NCBI GenBank assembly: GCA_951406725.2
Contig: OX597819.1
Location: 125,364,001-125,428,000 of the forward strand
Direction of reading: 5' to 3'
Source of the DNA: Octopus vulgaris
Lineage: Eukaryota
Length of the DNA: 64,000 nucleotides
The notes below the pieces were generated by a model. That model did no database searches, was not told the DNA's origin, and worked only from the letters and a program-made list of their open reading frames with translations. The translations under genes were made by a program, and so were the position numbers. This document shows positions 1 through 14,135 of this stretch, one piece after another (position 1 is the first letter of the stretch; every line of letters starts with the position of its first letter).

Positions 1-780
1 CATAATGGAAATTAATATGCACATGTCAAATTTTGCAACACCACTACATCACATATGTAAAATGGACATCGCTTAAATGGCAACCATTTTTGGCTTTGCA
101 CACCTGTGCTCTTTTCAAAACATGCACCATAACACCCTCAAGAGTTTCAGACCCCACTTCTCTGATTGATTTCTCTATTGATGTTCTTCTTCAGTTGCAC
201 CAGGGTCTCCGGTTTGTTGACATAAATAAACCCTTTCTTTCAGGTATCCCTACAAGAAAAAATCCAGGCTAGTCAAGTCTGGGGAACGGGAAGGCCAGTT
301 GACATTGCCATAGTGGGAGATTATTCTTTCTCTAAAGCACTGCCGTAGCAACTGCATTGTTTCTCTTGTGGTATGAGCAGTTGCCCCATCTTACTGAAAC
401 CATGGGTGAAGCCTACATTGAATGGCCGGGCACGAAAAGGTCTCAGTCATGGATACCTGAAAGAGAGGGTTTACATCAAGAAACCGGAGACCCTGGTGCA
501 ACTGAAGGAGAGCATCAATAGAGAAATCAGAGAAGTGGGGTCTGAAACTCTTGAGGGTGTTATGGTTCAAGTTTTGGAAAGAGCACGGGCATGTGAAGCC
601 GAAATTGGCTTCCATTTAAGCGATGACACTTTTTATATGTGATGTTGTGGTGTTTCAAAATTTGACTTGGGCATATTAATTTCCATTTTGTCCTTTGTAA
701 TGTATCAAACCTTCATTCATTTATTTGTAAAGTTAAGGAAGTTATCAAAAACTGAACCCATCAGTGACTTTTGGGACACC

Positions 781-783
<3 letters not shown>
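1..783. mobile_element. Rearranged (fold-back) Tc1/mariner DD41D (rosa-type) relic, left end outside window
   Basis: Minus strand ~240-405 reads WFQ*DGATAH...WPSRSPDLTSLDFFL*GYL (41 residues between the 2nd and 3rd Asp). Bases 1-245 are a diverged reverse complement of ~450-690. Ends ...gggacaccctg followed by (TA)n. Confidence 0.85.
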
Positions 784-830
<47 letters not shown>

Positions 831-978
831 AGGTGAGAGAGTTGTTGTGTGAAAGCACGTGGTTGGATGTATAAAAAATAAAAAAGAGTGAAAAAACTAC
901 AGAAGGCTTGTGTTATAAGGTTAAAGAATATATTTAAGTCGTTATGTTAGAAAAATGCTATAAAACTTTGTGTATAGT

Positions 979-1037
<59 letters not shown>

Positions 1038-1869
1038 AATACATATGCTTATATAGAGAATATATATATATATATACTTATATCACACATACACACACAC
1101 ATATAATGCTTACAAAATATACACAATAATATAAATAATATTAAAAATATATCACATTGTTATGGTTGGAATGCCTTTCAACACAAGTTTGCTTGCTCAG
1201 GGTTGACCTGGATCAAAACAACATAATGCATATATACACGAAATACATATATACACGAAAAGGTTAAACTTTATGATTATTCGCTTTGAATATGCAGCTT
1301 TTAGCTATACCCAGTCGTAACTCAGGATGGTGTTAACTATGATGGATAAAAAAGAACCCCAAGGACTAATTGATAAGTTCATGCCTCTATCATCATCATT
1401 GTTTAACGTCTGCTTTCCATGCTAGCATGAGTTGGATGAATGACTGAGGCTTGGCAAACCTGATGGCTACACCAGGCTTCAATCCAATATAATAATCCAG
1501 TGAGTAAATAGTTGTGTTGAACAATCAGACATTTTGCTGAAACCAACACAAGATTCATTTACATTTCTATGGTATGTAGCTATGGAAATTTCAGTAAATC
1601 ACCTTACCACTGTTTCTTAGTTATAAGCTGCTCTTTTATTAAATTTTAGAGAATTAAATCATAAAAACACACATATACATAACATACCATAATGTAACAT
1701 TGATATGATATTCAATAGGGTTTATTATTATTATAATTATTATTATCATTATTATTTCATCTTTGGAGTTTTTATAATTCTATAATTACTCTGGAATTTT
1801 AAAATTCCAGTATCATGTACTTAACCCTAAAAAACATATACCCATACTCATCTGTCTATCTATCTATCT

Positions 1870-1911
<42 letters not shown>

Positions 1912-2021
1912 GAACAAAAAGGTTTGTATTATTATCATTATTATTATTACTAAATGTGTCTATTGATATTGTATATTTTGCATGTTCTACTGATGTTGTC
2001 GTGTACATGTCAACCTTACAG

Positions 2022-2267
2022 TGAAAGTACTTGCAGCGAAGGTAGCAGTCTGATTGGCAGAAACCAAAGCATGTCCGAAGATCTAACCTCTCCAATACAT
2101 TCCAGCGATTCCTGCTTGACCGATCCACTCACACCTCACCTGCACTCAACTATATGGAACACTCCCGTTCCAACCAATTCCCACCTGTTAAGCCTAAATT
2201 CTTCTGACCAAGATGGCTGGTCACTGTCTTCTAACGGCTCACAAGTCGGTCTTGCTGGACCCAAAAG
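2022..2267 (+). CDS. PLEKHG4: RhoGEF exon: Ser-rich linker upstream of DH (ESTCSEGSS...LAGPKR)
   Basis: ttacag acceptor, AG|gtagat donor, open frame and coding-like composition. The phase-2 end (AG) joins G at 20432 to give Arg before TVALILQELISTE. Joining across 18 kb is inferred. Confidence 0.7.
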
Positions 2268-4173
2268 GTAGATGCATGTTGAACTGTTAACTCTGTCATT
2301 TTTGTCTGCATTAACCCCAAAATAACAAGCAAATTGCATGATTCCTTGGTTGTTGTTTTTTTTTTGTAATTTTCTTGATTTTTTTGTTTGTTTTTCAGTT
2401 TGCTTCTTGCCTTTTAATGGATGTTTATGCTTTATGTATTTCATATACGTTTGTGAAAGAGTGTATATATATATATATATATAGACGTATGTGTATATGC
2501 ATATTTGTGTGTGTGTGTGTGTGTGTGCCTATATACATATTTATACATGCGTGTGCACGTACACTTGTGTGCATGTATAGATAAATAAATACACATGTAT
2601 AGGTATATATATGCATGTGTATGCTCAGACACTTACACATCTATTGTTTATGAGGATGCAGAGCTATTAAGCTCTTTGCTTATTTTTACTTATTTGAGCC
2701 ATAATCATCATCATCATCGTCATCATCACCATCATCGTCATTATTGTCATCAAACTCAAGCATTATAATGAATTTACAACAAACAACATCACCCAGTTCA
2801 GCATCACCACCCTGGCTCTTGCAGGACTGCAACAGAGTCCTCTCTGTTGCTAAGTATCCAAGCAAGGACTAAGGGAATCTCGCGGCCCTAACCGCGAGAA
2901 AAATGCCTAACCTTTTATTATCATTATTATCATCATCATCATTGTCATCATCATCATCATCATCATCGTCGTTTAATGTCCGCTTTCCATGGGTTGGACG
3001 AATGACTGAAGGCTGCCAAGCCAGATGGCTGCACCAGGCTTCAATCTTGATCTGGCATCATCATCATCACCATCATCATTATTATTATTATTATTTCCAT
3101 TTCAGATGCTTTGGGAGAATTTTTTTTTTTTCTCTTGAATATGTTATATTTTGACTTTTCCTAACTTTTCCCTTGGTTTTCATTTGTTTTGTTTTTTTCT
3201 CTAGGTTTTGATTGTTTTATTTATACCTTCTTTAAATAATTTTGAGGTAATAGCCATGTTGTAAAAAAAAAAACACAAAAACAAATGAAAGAACAGATCC
3301 AGTATTTATTTTATTTTATTTTTACATATTTATAATTATGCTATTTGATTGAAAAATTCATTTGAGAGAAAACTTGATTGACTTATCTTCTTTTATGCTA
3401 AGTTCATATTTTATTTTGCCAGCATTTTACCTCCTTAAAGATAATTAAAAGGAATATATATATATATATATATATACACCAGTTGTATTATGCATATATT
3501 TTTTATTATATTTGGAACTGTTAGTTTGAGAGAAAACTTGCTTGAATTGTCTCCCATTTATGATCTGCCTCCACACTCTTTTGTGCCAGCATTTTCCCCT
3601 CTTAGTAATAAGAAACATTTATAAATGTGTGTTGCATTATGTAAAATATATGTATACTTTATGCATGTATGTCAGTGTGTGTGTGTGTGTGTGCACATGC
3701 TACTTTGAATGACAACAGATTTATAATACACGAGGGACAGACCTTACTGTGTGCAAATGTTTTACGTTAGATCTTCCTACGTTTTTTGAAGCATATAATA
3801 ATGCCTGTTTTATTATTGCTATTATTTTGTATTTTGAGATATTTTTTCCTCCCATCATTTTCAGCAAAAGTTGTTTGTTCAAGAGAGTATGCTTAGCACT
3901 TGAGAGTTCATTCCATCTTACAATAAAATATCCAGTACATTATCTGATAAATAGCTAAATATTGGAAATTTAATCTATATATTCTTTTACTCTTTCATGG
4001 GTTTCAATCATTGAACTCTAGCCATGCTGGAGCACCACCTTCAAGGGATTTGAGTCAAACATATCAGCATTTATTTGAGTCTCATACTTATTTCATTCAT
4101 CTCTATATGTCAAACAGCAGTTTATAACTTTTGGCATAAATGCACTCAACATACAGCTCCAAATCAACTTAAC

Positions 4174-4408
4174 TATTTCTTTACTACCCACAAGGGGCTA
4201 AACACAGAGGGGACAAACAAGGACAGACAAATGGATTAAGTCGATTACATCGCCTCCAGTGCGTAACTGGTACTTAATTTATCAACCCCGAAAGGATGAA
4301 AGGCAAAGTCGATCTCAGCGGAATTTGAACTCAGAACGTAACAGCAGACGAAATACAGCTATGCATTTCGCCCGGCCTGCTAACGTTTCTGCCAGCTCAC
4401 TGCCTTTG
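4174..4408 (-). mobile_element. SINE family C with TSD atcaacttaac
   Basis: Family match; duplication at 4163-4173 and 4409-4419. Confidence 0.88.
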
Positions 4409-5188
4409 ATCAACTTAACACCAGCTTAACACCATTGCCTTATCCTTTAGTTTCTTTAGCAGAGTTCACTCTGTTGCAAGCTTCTGGCTAGGTTTCCAGC
4501 TTGAGAATAACTTTCTCTTCTCTTCCTGCAAACCCTGAAAAAAATAAGGAGTCATGTGTGCTGTCCTTCCCTCTTTGACTAAACGATACCAAAAACATTG
4601 TTAGTCAATGTATTCTTTTTTATTATTCTGTTTTTAAGATAATAGTGTCTGTGACTGAAGGGTAATGTGGATGCAAATTTTTTTGTTTTCTCATTTATAA
4701 AGAATGAGATAGGGCAAAAAGTTTCTCATATTTGTGGGTAAAGGGCTATTATTTTGTCAGTTGAGAATTCAGGATTACTGGGTTGAATTATTCTTTTTGT
4801 GGTGTGGTCTGATTTATGATAAATAATATCTCCATGAGGCCATTGCTAGAAAAAGAAGATTGCTTATAAAGTAACTGGTCAAATGGTGTCTCCGCCTACA
4901 ATTTACTACAAATAATGATATCTCCTTTGAATATATAAGATTTTACTTGTTTCAGTTCAATCCTGATCAAGTTTTCTGCCTATGACCATTCCATCTTTTT
5001 TGGTTTGAGTATAGTTTCTGTAGGACTACATTTTTTTTTAAGACCGAAGGCTGTATTTTGATAGACTTGGTAGATCAAGCAACCATTTAGTGGCCTCCTT
5101 TTCTGTATAGTTGTTAAACTGATCATACAAACCCATAATCAAGGCCATTCCAGTTATGACCATCCCATCTTTTTGTCCAGACATAGTA

Positions 5189-6101
5189 CAGGGTGTCCAT
5201 AAAGTCTCTTTACAATTTTAAAATTTTATTACAAAGACAGTTGAGATATCTTGACCAGATTTGTTTTATTGTAATAGCTGTTTATTAAAGTTTGTTTAAC
5301 AGTTATTTAATAGACCTCAGTATGGGCACCATTAGTTGCATGAATCACATCAAGACGGTACTCAATTTCTTGCCAAGTTCACTGTAGGATAGCCTCATCA
5401 ACGGTGGCAATGCCATTACGAATCATTTGCTTCAAGTCAACAATATCTTTGTTTGATACACGATATCTTTTACATAACCCCCATAAAAAGAAGTCCAAAG
5501 GAGTGATATCTGGCAAACGCTGTGGCTGTGGAATTGGCCCATCCCTTCTAATCCAACGGTCTGGAAATGTTTGATTGAAGAACTGACGAACAGGCTGTCC
5601 CCAATGTGGTGGTGCACCATCTTGCTGGAAAATGATGGCTGGTTGTAAATCAATCAGTTGTGGTGCCACATATTCGGTCAGAAGGTCAATGTAAACATTT
5701 GCAGTAATTGTTGCCTCGTTGAAGAAAAATGGACCAATTATTCGATTGCACATGATTCCACACCACACATTCACTTTTGGACTATTCCGTTGAAGCTCCC
5801 TAGTCACATGGAGGTGTTCTGATCCCCAGATTCTCACATTGTGTCTGTTTAATTTCCCTGAAACATGAAAAGTCACCTCATCACTAAAACAAACTCGCTT
5901 GAGGAATGCTTCATCCTCATTTTATAGGGGTTCCGTGAATCAGTTCCCTTCCATCAACAGAGTATCTGAAACACAAAAATTTAATATCAATAAAAACTTT
6001 AATAAACAATTATTAAAATAAAACAAATCTGGTTAAAATATCTCATCAACTGCCTTTGAAATAATTTTTTTAAATTGTAAAGAGACTTTATGGATACCTT
6101 G
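5189..6101 (-). mobile_element. Internally deleted Tc1/mariner DD41D (rosa-type) transposon with ~105-bp TIRs
   Basis: TA|cagggtgtccataaagtctctttacaatt ... aattgtaaagagactttatggataccttg|TA. Transposase relic FSDEVTFH...FQQDGAPPH...PDITPLDFFLWG (D41D); N-terminal HTH region missing, frameshift after FFLWG. Confidence 0.92.
5379..5920 (-). pseudogene. DD41D transposase catalytic-domain fragment
   Basis: ORF 5379-5876 plus upstream FSDE motif; no start codon or DNA-binding domain. Confidence 0.85.
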
Positions 6102-6866
6102 TATATCTAGGATGTCAATATTTTTTCTAACATGTCAAGCACTAGAAGCAGCTTCATTAACTTGATGTTTGCATACTTAGTTCAGTAGCTTACACGGCTT
6201 TACAAACTGAAAACCCACATGTTATAACAGTTCATGTATTCTTATAAACGTTAGGAGTATAACCAACACCATTATTATCCTAATAACCAGTTTTTATTCC
6301 TTATCCAAACCCCATCCTCACGTCTCCCCACCGAGTTCAAACAGTGGTGATGCTTATTACCAGAGAAACATCATCGTCTGTTTTTATTAGTTTGGATGAG
6401 ATTAAATCAGCCGTTTCATTTAACTACAAACCAAACATGCTCTTCACCTCACGCTGTCTGTTTCTCTGTCTCTCCTTCTCTCTCTCTCTCTCTCTCTAAG
6501 AAAGACAGAAATTATTACATACACACTCATACATGCACAAATTTGTGTATATGTATGTACATATAACTATATTTATATATGTATATATATATAGTTATAT
6601 ATATGTATATATATATATATATGTATATATAACTATATATACATATAACTATATATATGTATATATATGTATATATAACTATATATACATATAACTATAT
6701 ATATATATATATATATACACGTGTGTGTGTGTGTATTAGTGCGTGTATAATGAAAAAGAGTAAAAGAAAAAGGAAGAAAAGAGAGAGATTTTAGTGGTGC
6801 TTGTGAATTTACTGATTAAGCTATGAAATGCTCCACTGAGCATTGCCTGTTCTTCTCATTCACTTG

Positions 6867-6915
<49 letters not shown>

Positions 6916-7169
6916 AAAATTTCAATCACCAAATACTAGAAAGAAAAGAAAGAAAGAAAGAAAAGTTGATACCTCAACAATTTTATACCAGACTTCATTC
7001 ATTAATAATAAGTTCGTTTAAAAGACATTTCTTCACAAGTTACTACCTAGTGATGTGAGTGTGTGTGTGTGTGTGTACTTAACTGGATTTTCATGGTTTT
7101 TGTCTAACTTCATGTTCTTTCTCTTCCTTTTCCATCCATTCTGTATCCCATTCTCTTAAAACATTAAAA

Positions 7170-7221
7170 CATCTGTAACTCACATCATCTGTAGCTCACA
7201 TCATCTGGAGCTTACATCATC
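7170..7221. repeat. 16-bp minisatellite x3 (catctgtagctcacat)
   Basis: Three tandem imperfect copies seen directly. Confidence 0.8.
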
Positions 7222-8286
7222 CACTTGTATTGATTTTTCTTGTTTCTTTTCTCAGAGGGGGAGGAAAAAAAGAGAAAATAAATAACAGAAAATGAAATTA
7301 GTTTCAGTACTTTGACTCCGTGTTTTCTTTCTTTCTTCTCTCACAAGCTGTTTTGCTATTTATGGCAAATATCTACCTATCTACCTACCTGTTAAGAATC
7401 ATATTTGAGGAAAGAAATTACTAGAATATTATGGCTCCAAGACATGGAATCTGTTGCCTAATACCATTAAGCAATAATCTCAGTCCTTTCTATTTTCACC
7501 AATTCGAAAATATCGATTTTTTTCCCCCTTTAGCACAGGGTGAAGAATTCATAGCAGATTCTTTTAACTTTCTTTTGGTGGTTTCACTCATTGGACTCCA
7601 TGGCCATGCTGGAGCATCATGGCTTTGTTTATATTGACCCTAATGTTTTGTCTACTATAAAATATATTTCTTGATTCTCAAGCAGCAAACCAAACTGCAA
7701 AGTGGACATCAGCTTTAGCTGGACATTAACAGTAAAGGACATTTCTGTATTTCTGAGTGCATGATAAACACATGCGCACATGCACATACAGAGTGAGGGA
7801 GAGAGAGAGAGATTATTTATTTCTTCAAAGCCTCATCCAAGGAAGGCATTACTCAGAGTTTTGTGTTAGGTCCCAAAGTGGAAAATCCAAGTGATTCTTC
7901 ACACAGACACAACTTTAATTCATCATCATCATCATCGTTTAACGTCCGCTTTCCATGCTGGCATGGGTTGGACGAATGACTGAGGGCTGGCGAACCAGAT
8001 GGCTGCACCAGGCTTCAATCTTGATCTGGCAGTTTCTACAGCTGGATGCCCTTCCTAATGCCAACCACTCCGAGAGTGTAGTGAGTGCTTTTACGTACCA
8101 CTGGCACAGGGCCAGTCAGGCGGTACTGGCAATGTCCTTGCTCAAATAATAATATTCCACTTTAACAGCATTGAGAACATTTCTTGCTTAATTGCAATTT
8201 ACATCAGTGTGAACCTGTAATTACTTACATTTACAGGTGAATGGACAAAAGAAACAGGCACTCAACACGTATAGTAGGAGATAGAT

Positions 8287-8770
8287 ATGAGGTGCATTAA
8301 AAAAGTAGCCAACTTCATTTTTTCTGCCAAAACTAATCATCATCATCATCATTTAACGTCCGTTTTCCATGCTGGCATGGGTTGGATGGTTCGATCGGGC
8401 CTGGAAGCCATGGAGGCTGCACCGGGCTCTAGTCTGATTTGGCAGTGTTTCTACAGCTGGATGCCCTTCCTAACGCCAACCACTCTGTGAGTGTAGTGAG
8501 TGTTTTTTATGTCCCAGCGGCACAGGCCAGAGCAGGCTGGCAAACGGCCATGATGCATGGGCAAAATTCTTTGGGTGGGAGGTGACACCATCATTCCTGT
8601 GCCTGCATGAAAATTTCCATGCCAGTAGACTGTCACTTCCTGGTTGTTATGCTTTGAGTATAGTAGACATGTAATCTGCACTCATTGAATTTTTGTTTCC
8701 ACCAAATGTATCAAGAAGAGATATTGCATCAGGTTTTGCTAAAAGTTTGGTAAAACTCAGGCCCGAACCA
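8287..8770 (+). mobile_element. Degenerate mariner 5' fragment interrupted by a SINE-like insertion (8338-8553)
   Basis: atgaggtgcattaaaaaagt resembles a mariner TIR; downstream caagaagagatattgcatcaggttttgctaaaagtttggtaaaactcagg resembles a decayed N-terminal QR..IKFC.KLG region. Confidence 0.45.
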
Positions 8771-9373
8771 GAAGATTCAGCAGGAAATTGAACCTGGAAT
8801 CACATATTTGTGAAACAAACTTCTCAACTACATAGCATACCTATCTATCTACCTCTCTCTGAATACACACACACACACACACATAGAATTCAATATGATA
8901 CACACACACACACATGATGGGCTTCTGCACAGTTTCTATCAACCAAATTCCACTCACAAGTATATTATTCATCCTAAGACACTCCTCCAGGATTGTGAAA
9001 CAAACTTGTTAGCCACAAAGCCATGTCTGAACTCATAGCATGTTTATGGCACATTGAGCCGATCCTCTCTCCATAAACAGTACGTTGTTGTTTCACCAAA
9101 ACATTCCTTTGATCAAGCATTCCAGTCATATTTTCTTGATCTCAGAAGAATGAAAGACAAAATTGCAACTTGTAAATGTCACAAGGTATTTTGTCCACTG
9201 CTCTAATAATTCTGCCATTATAATTCTGTCTTAGTATAGAGAGAACACTTGAAGTAGTAACTAAATCTCCCTCACATCAAACCTTAATATCTTGGAAAGG
9301 GAAGAACACATTTCATAATATTGTTTTCAATATGTAATGTCTAAGAAATGACAGGGTGGTCATGACTTGAATG

Positions 9374-10581
9374 CAGGGCCATTGCATGACTTTTAGGGGC
9401 CCCTTGCAACTTTCTGTTTCAAGGCCCCATCTCTTCAATCAAAATTCATAACCTATACACCTTCATAGCTATAATTTACTTTATTCTAAATGAAGTTCAA
9501 TATTTTACGTTCTCGTTAAGAACATCTTTAAAAGTACAAATTAAATTTATTCAGAGCTGGAGCTATCGTATTATTTCATGTTTAGGAAAGCCAGTATTTA
9601 ATAGGGTTTAATATTTATTCAATGGACTCTCAAATATCAGATGACAAGCGTTTCAAAATAACAACTGTGGAGTATAGTTGTCTCAGCTTTTGTATGCAAA
9701 GAAGTTTATTCAAGAATATTAAGATACAAAAAATTTTCTGTCCGAAACAAAAGCAACTATTTCAAATTATATCATTTTGAAAAATAAACATGAATGTTCT
9801 CAAAGACTGGATCACAGTTGAAAAAGCCTTTGTTTTTTAAAAAAAAATTCTATATTCCACTGTTAGCTGTTGCAATATTTCGATTGAATAGACAAGTAAA
9901 GTCAAAATATCAATGATTCAGAATATAAAGAAATTCTTACTTTCCTCTGAGATCACAAATTCAAGGGAAAAATAGTACCTTACAAAATAAAATCCCTCGA
10001 CCACAAACTAGTTACAACTGAAGAATTGAGATGCTAGGTGACAGTGACCAAACAATATCTCTATCTTTATATATGTACATAGATAGATACACACACACAC
10101 ATATAAACACACACACACACGTTTGTGTGCATATACCTTGTTTTCTTTTTGGTACAGAAAGAATTTTGTCTCCAGTTTTTATTGCCTTAAGAGGTCAAAG
10201 GCCACTGTTCTGGGTACAAAGCGACTAGCTTTTCAACTGCAAATAACAATGCTGCCTGCCTGTATGTGTATCTATGTACATGTGTGTGTGTGTGTGTGTC
10301 TTCTCTCTTTCTCTCTCACCCCTGGGCAAAGCCTTGTGAATGGACTTGGTAGACCGAAACATAAAAGCCAGCCATATATATGTGTGTGTGTATATGGCTA
10401 TATGTATGTATAAGTATACATCACCATTGCTTCTTTTCTTTGTCTTTTGTTTTTCTTTCATCTCCTTTTTTCTTTCATTTACATTTTGTTTCTTTTAAAT
10501 TTATTTATGGTACACCCTATGTTTCCTTAACATGGGGGGAGGCTTCAACCGTGGAGTCCCAGGGGCTTATCCACGGCCCTG
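9374..10581. mobile_element. Non-autonomous hAT-type DNA element
   Basis: Termini CAGGGCC...GGCCCTG flanked by an exact 8-bp duplication CTTGAATG (9366-9373 and 10582-10589); subterminal GGGGCCCC motifs. Confidence 0.85.
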
Positions 10582-10837
10582 CTTGAATGTCTTTAATATG
10601 AGAGTTCAAATCTTACTGAGGTTGGTTTTAACTTTCATCCTTCTTGGGTCAGTAAAAAAAAATATTACCAATTATATAGAGATACTAATCAAGTCAACTA
10701 TGTCTTCTTTCTACTAAATTACTACAGTCCACTAATATAAAAAGTCAATATCTTGACCAAATGTTCAGTACTCAAAAACTTATGTCTCAGAAAATAGTTT
10801 TTCATCAAAATTGTTGGCTTCAGTATTATCAGCATTA

Positions 10838-11240
10838 CTCTTACTCTTTTACTGGTTTCAGTCATTTGACTGTGGCCATGCTGGAGCACTGCCTTTAGTC
10901 GAGCAAATCGACCCCAGGACTTATTCTTTGTAAGCCTAGTACTTATTCTATTGGTCTCTTTTGCCGAAGTGCTAAGTGACGGGGACGTAAACACACACCA
11001 GCATCGGTTGTCAAGCGATGTTGAGGGGACAAACACAGACACACAAACATACACACACACATATATATATATACATATATATAACAAGCTTCTTTCAGTT
11101 TCCGTCTACCAAATCCACTCACAAGGCTTTGGTCGACCCGAGGCTATAGTAGAAGACACTTGCCCAAGGTGCAACACAGTGGGACTGAACCCGGAACCAT
11201 GTGGTTGGTGAGCAAGCTACTTACCACACAGCCACTCCTA
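10838..11240 (-). mobile_element. SINE family A, full-length
   Basis: Reverse complement of the 20833 copy. Confidence 0.85.
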
Positions 11241-13364
11241 TGCATTGTTCATTTACAGACAGAATCCCTGAGGTCAAAATTGCCAACAGTCAAATTATTG
11301 ACACAAAATGCCAATAAGTTTAATCTTGTAAATGTAATAAAATAATTCACATTAAAATTGATGTAATCTATTTAATAAAAGAAAGATACCAAAAATCTAT
11401 ATTTAGTAAAAAAAAAAAAAAAAAAGAAAAGAAATTATTCTTTAAGCTAAATCAGTCTATTAAAGAGAAGTTGCCAAAATGATTTGTTTTAAAATTGAAG
11501 AAATTGATTAAAATAAAACTATAACTTGTGAAATGTTGACCATAAGAAAAGCAAGGAGCTGTCTAAATTATAAGTTCCAAACATCTTTTTAATACAATCA
11601 TTAATTTTGAAATATTTTTGTATTTACTCATGTCACATTAGCTCAAAGAGTTATTTGTTCAAGAATTGGTTCAATGTTAGCTTGCTCTAATTGAATTTTC
11701 TAAGACAAGCTTGTGAACAGACAAATAGATTATTGAAGCCTTTCTATTGGAAATTTGGTATGATCCCTCCAGAGAATTGGTGACTCTGACTAGATTTAAT
11801 TGAATTCAGCTGTAAACAGACCATAACTCAGTTTCAAAAGTATTTTAACTGTTGGAATTTTGTCATTTTGATGAGTAGCTCACCATTATCATTGTCATCA
11901 AAATTTTTGTCACCTTCAATTCTATATTCATTTAAACATCATGATCATCTTTTTCATCATAATAATTTTTGTCATCATAATCATTATCCTCATCTTAAAG
12001 ATCATCAGTTGTCATCTTCTTAACGTTGTCAGTGTCATCATCATCAAGATATTTGTTCTGTTGCCCAGTTGTATGCTCCAGATATATTCATTAGATTTTT
12101 AAAAATTTCATTACACTCTTTCTCCTCCTCCACTGCAAGACTAAATCAGAAAAGAGATATGGCCTTACAGCTGAGGGGTTTCCTATTAAAACAATTTTAT
12201 CACAGACTGAAAAATTGTAGCTCACTTTTTGTTTACTCTTTAATTTGGTGTCCTTTGGGATGGAATGCCCACATATGATTACAGGCATAGCCATTGGGCT
12301 AAGAAGTAGTAACCATGTGATTACAAGTTTGATCTTAGGTAAATGTCATTCACCACATACTGAACAAAGCTTTGTGAAATTTGGTTGACAGAAACTGTAG
12401 AGATATAAATATTTACTCCAGATTTCTCATTGGCAATCTTCAGATGAAAGTACCAGTCCTGTACTAGGTTCATTCTTCTCATACACTCTTTTTTCTATCT
12501 ATCTGACTTACTCCATCTCTTCTGGGGGATTTTGGCTGTACTCAGCCCTGGAGAAAGTTGGGCCCCATTTGATCTAAAAATGCATAATGTGTGCTGTATG
12601 TCATAGTGCCCTTTGATACAACCTTCTTAACTACACAGCCATTTTCATGTGCAACAAAAACCCTTGAAACTGTTTATTACCGAAAATGTTAAATGCTTGA
12701 GAATAGCAATAGCAGCATTGATTAAATGGCAAGCATGAATATCAAACGGGCTTCTTAAACCTCTCTGTATATCAATAAAATAATGTTATCTTAAAATATG
12801 TGTGTGCATGTATACAAGAATTGATGGAATTATTTTGGAGAAGAATATTTTCTCTCCTTTTTTTAAAATATTATTTTATGAAATAATGAAAACTGTTTTC
12901 TTAACGTTGCTAGTTCTCAGAGTAGAAATTGATTCCAAATAAGGCATAAAGCCAATTTGTTATGGAGCTATAAAAATTTTAATTAGAATTTGATTATGTG
13001 ACAGTTTCTTCTCTGTCCTGAACAAAGACATTGATTTATTTCAGATATAAAAAAAGATATTCTTGAAAACCAGGAAGATTGTTAAGGTTTCTTAGGCATA
13101 TTATCTAACGATGTTTTTCACCTTTGTATAGTGTTCAACTACAAAAAGAAACAATACATAAATATACAAAATACTGTGTGACTAATATGACAGTGACTAA
13201 CAAACAAAATCTGAAGATTATTTCAATATAAATTCCTGGAAATATAATAGCATTGTGGTATTATTGGACGACCATGTTTGCTTGTTTATTAAATGTGAAA
13301 AATTTAATAGAAAATATCAGGGTCAGAATTAAGGGATAGCATCATAATTGATTTATAAATTTTA

Positions 13365-13551
13365 TTTGTGTCAGTCATTTGACTGTGGCCATGCTGGAGC
13401 ACCGCCTTTAGTTGAGCCAATCGATCCCAGGACTTATTCTTTTGTAAGCCTAGTACTTATTCTATCGGTCTCTTTTGCCAAACCGCTAAGTTACGGGGAC
13501 GTAAACACACCAGCATCGGTCATGAAGCGATGTTGGGGGAGACAAACACAG

Positions 13552-13583
<32 letters not shown>

Positions 13584-13774
13584 CATCATCATCGTTTAGC
13601 GTCCGTTTTCCATGCATGCATGGGTTGGACGGTTCTACTGGGGTCTGTGAAGCCAGAAGGCTTCATCAGGCCCAGTCAAATCTGGCAGTGTTTCTACGGC
13701 TGGATGCCCTTCCTAACGCCAACCACTCCGTGAGTGTAGTGGGTGCTTTTTACGTGCCACCCGCACTGGTGCCA

Positions 13775-13814
<40 letters not shown>

Positions 13815-14135
13815 AGCAATTAAGATTCAAGTCAATTCCAATGAATTTACTTGAATGTGGTACTTAACTTAGATGCACCAGAAAACTATATGGTGTTAAC
13901 CATACAGTAATGTGGGGTGATTATAAACGAGAAAGAAGCAACAAGAATGTATATATATATATACATATATATACGATGGGCTTCTTTCAGTTTCTGTCTA
14001 CCAAATTCACTCACAAGGCTTTGGTTGGCCCGAGGCTATAGTAGAAGACATTTGCCCAAGGTGCCACGCAGTGGGACTGAACCCGGAACCATGTGGTTGG
14101 TAAGCAAGCTACTTACAACACAGCCACTCCTACGC
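13365..14135 (-). mobile_element. SINE family A pieces (13365-13570 and 13975-14135) separated by a family B insertion and other sequence
   Basis: 3' half and 5' half each match the family A consensus. Confidence 0.75.

Noticed and set aside
3361-3615. Diverged ~165-bp-period direct repeat
   Set aside because: Old local tandem duplication in AT-rich intron; no sign of function.
10722-11345. Recurrent ORFs with peptides such as [28 protein letters not shown] or FLQLDALPNANHS
   Set aside because: Translations of SINE families A and B repeated throughout the window; not host genes.
13045-13086. Small exon with ttcag acceptor and aag|gt donor
   Set aside because: Stop codons in all three frames.
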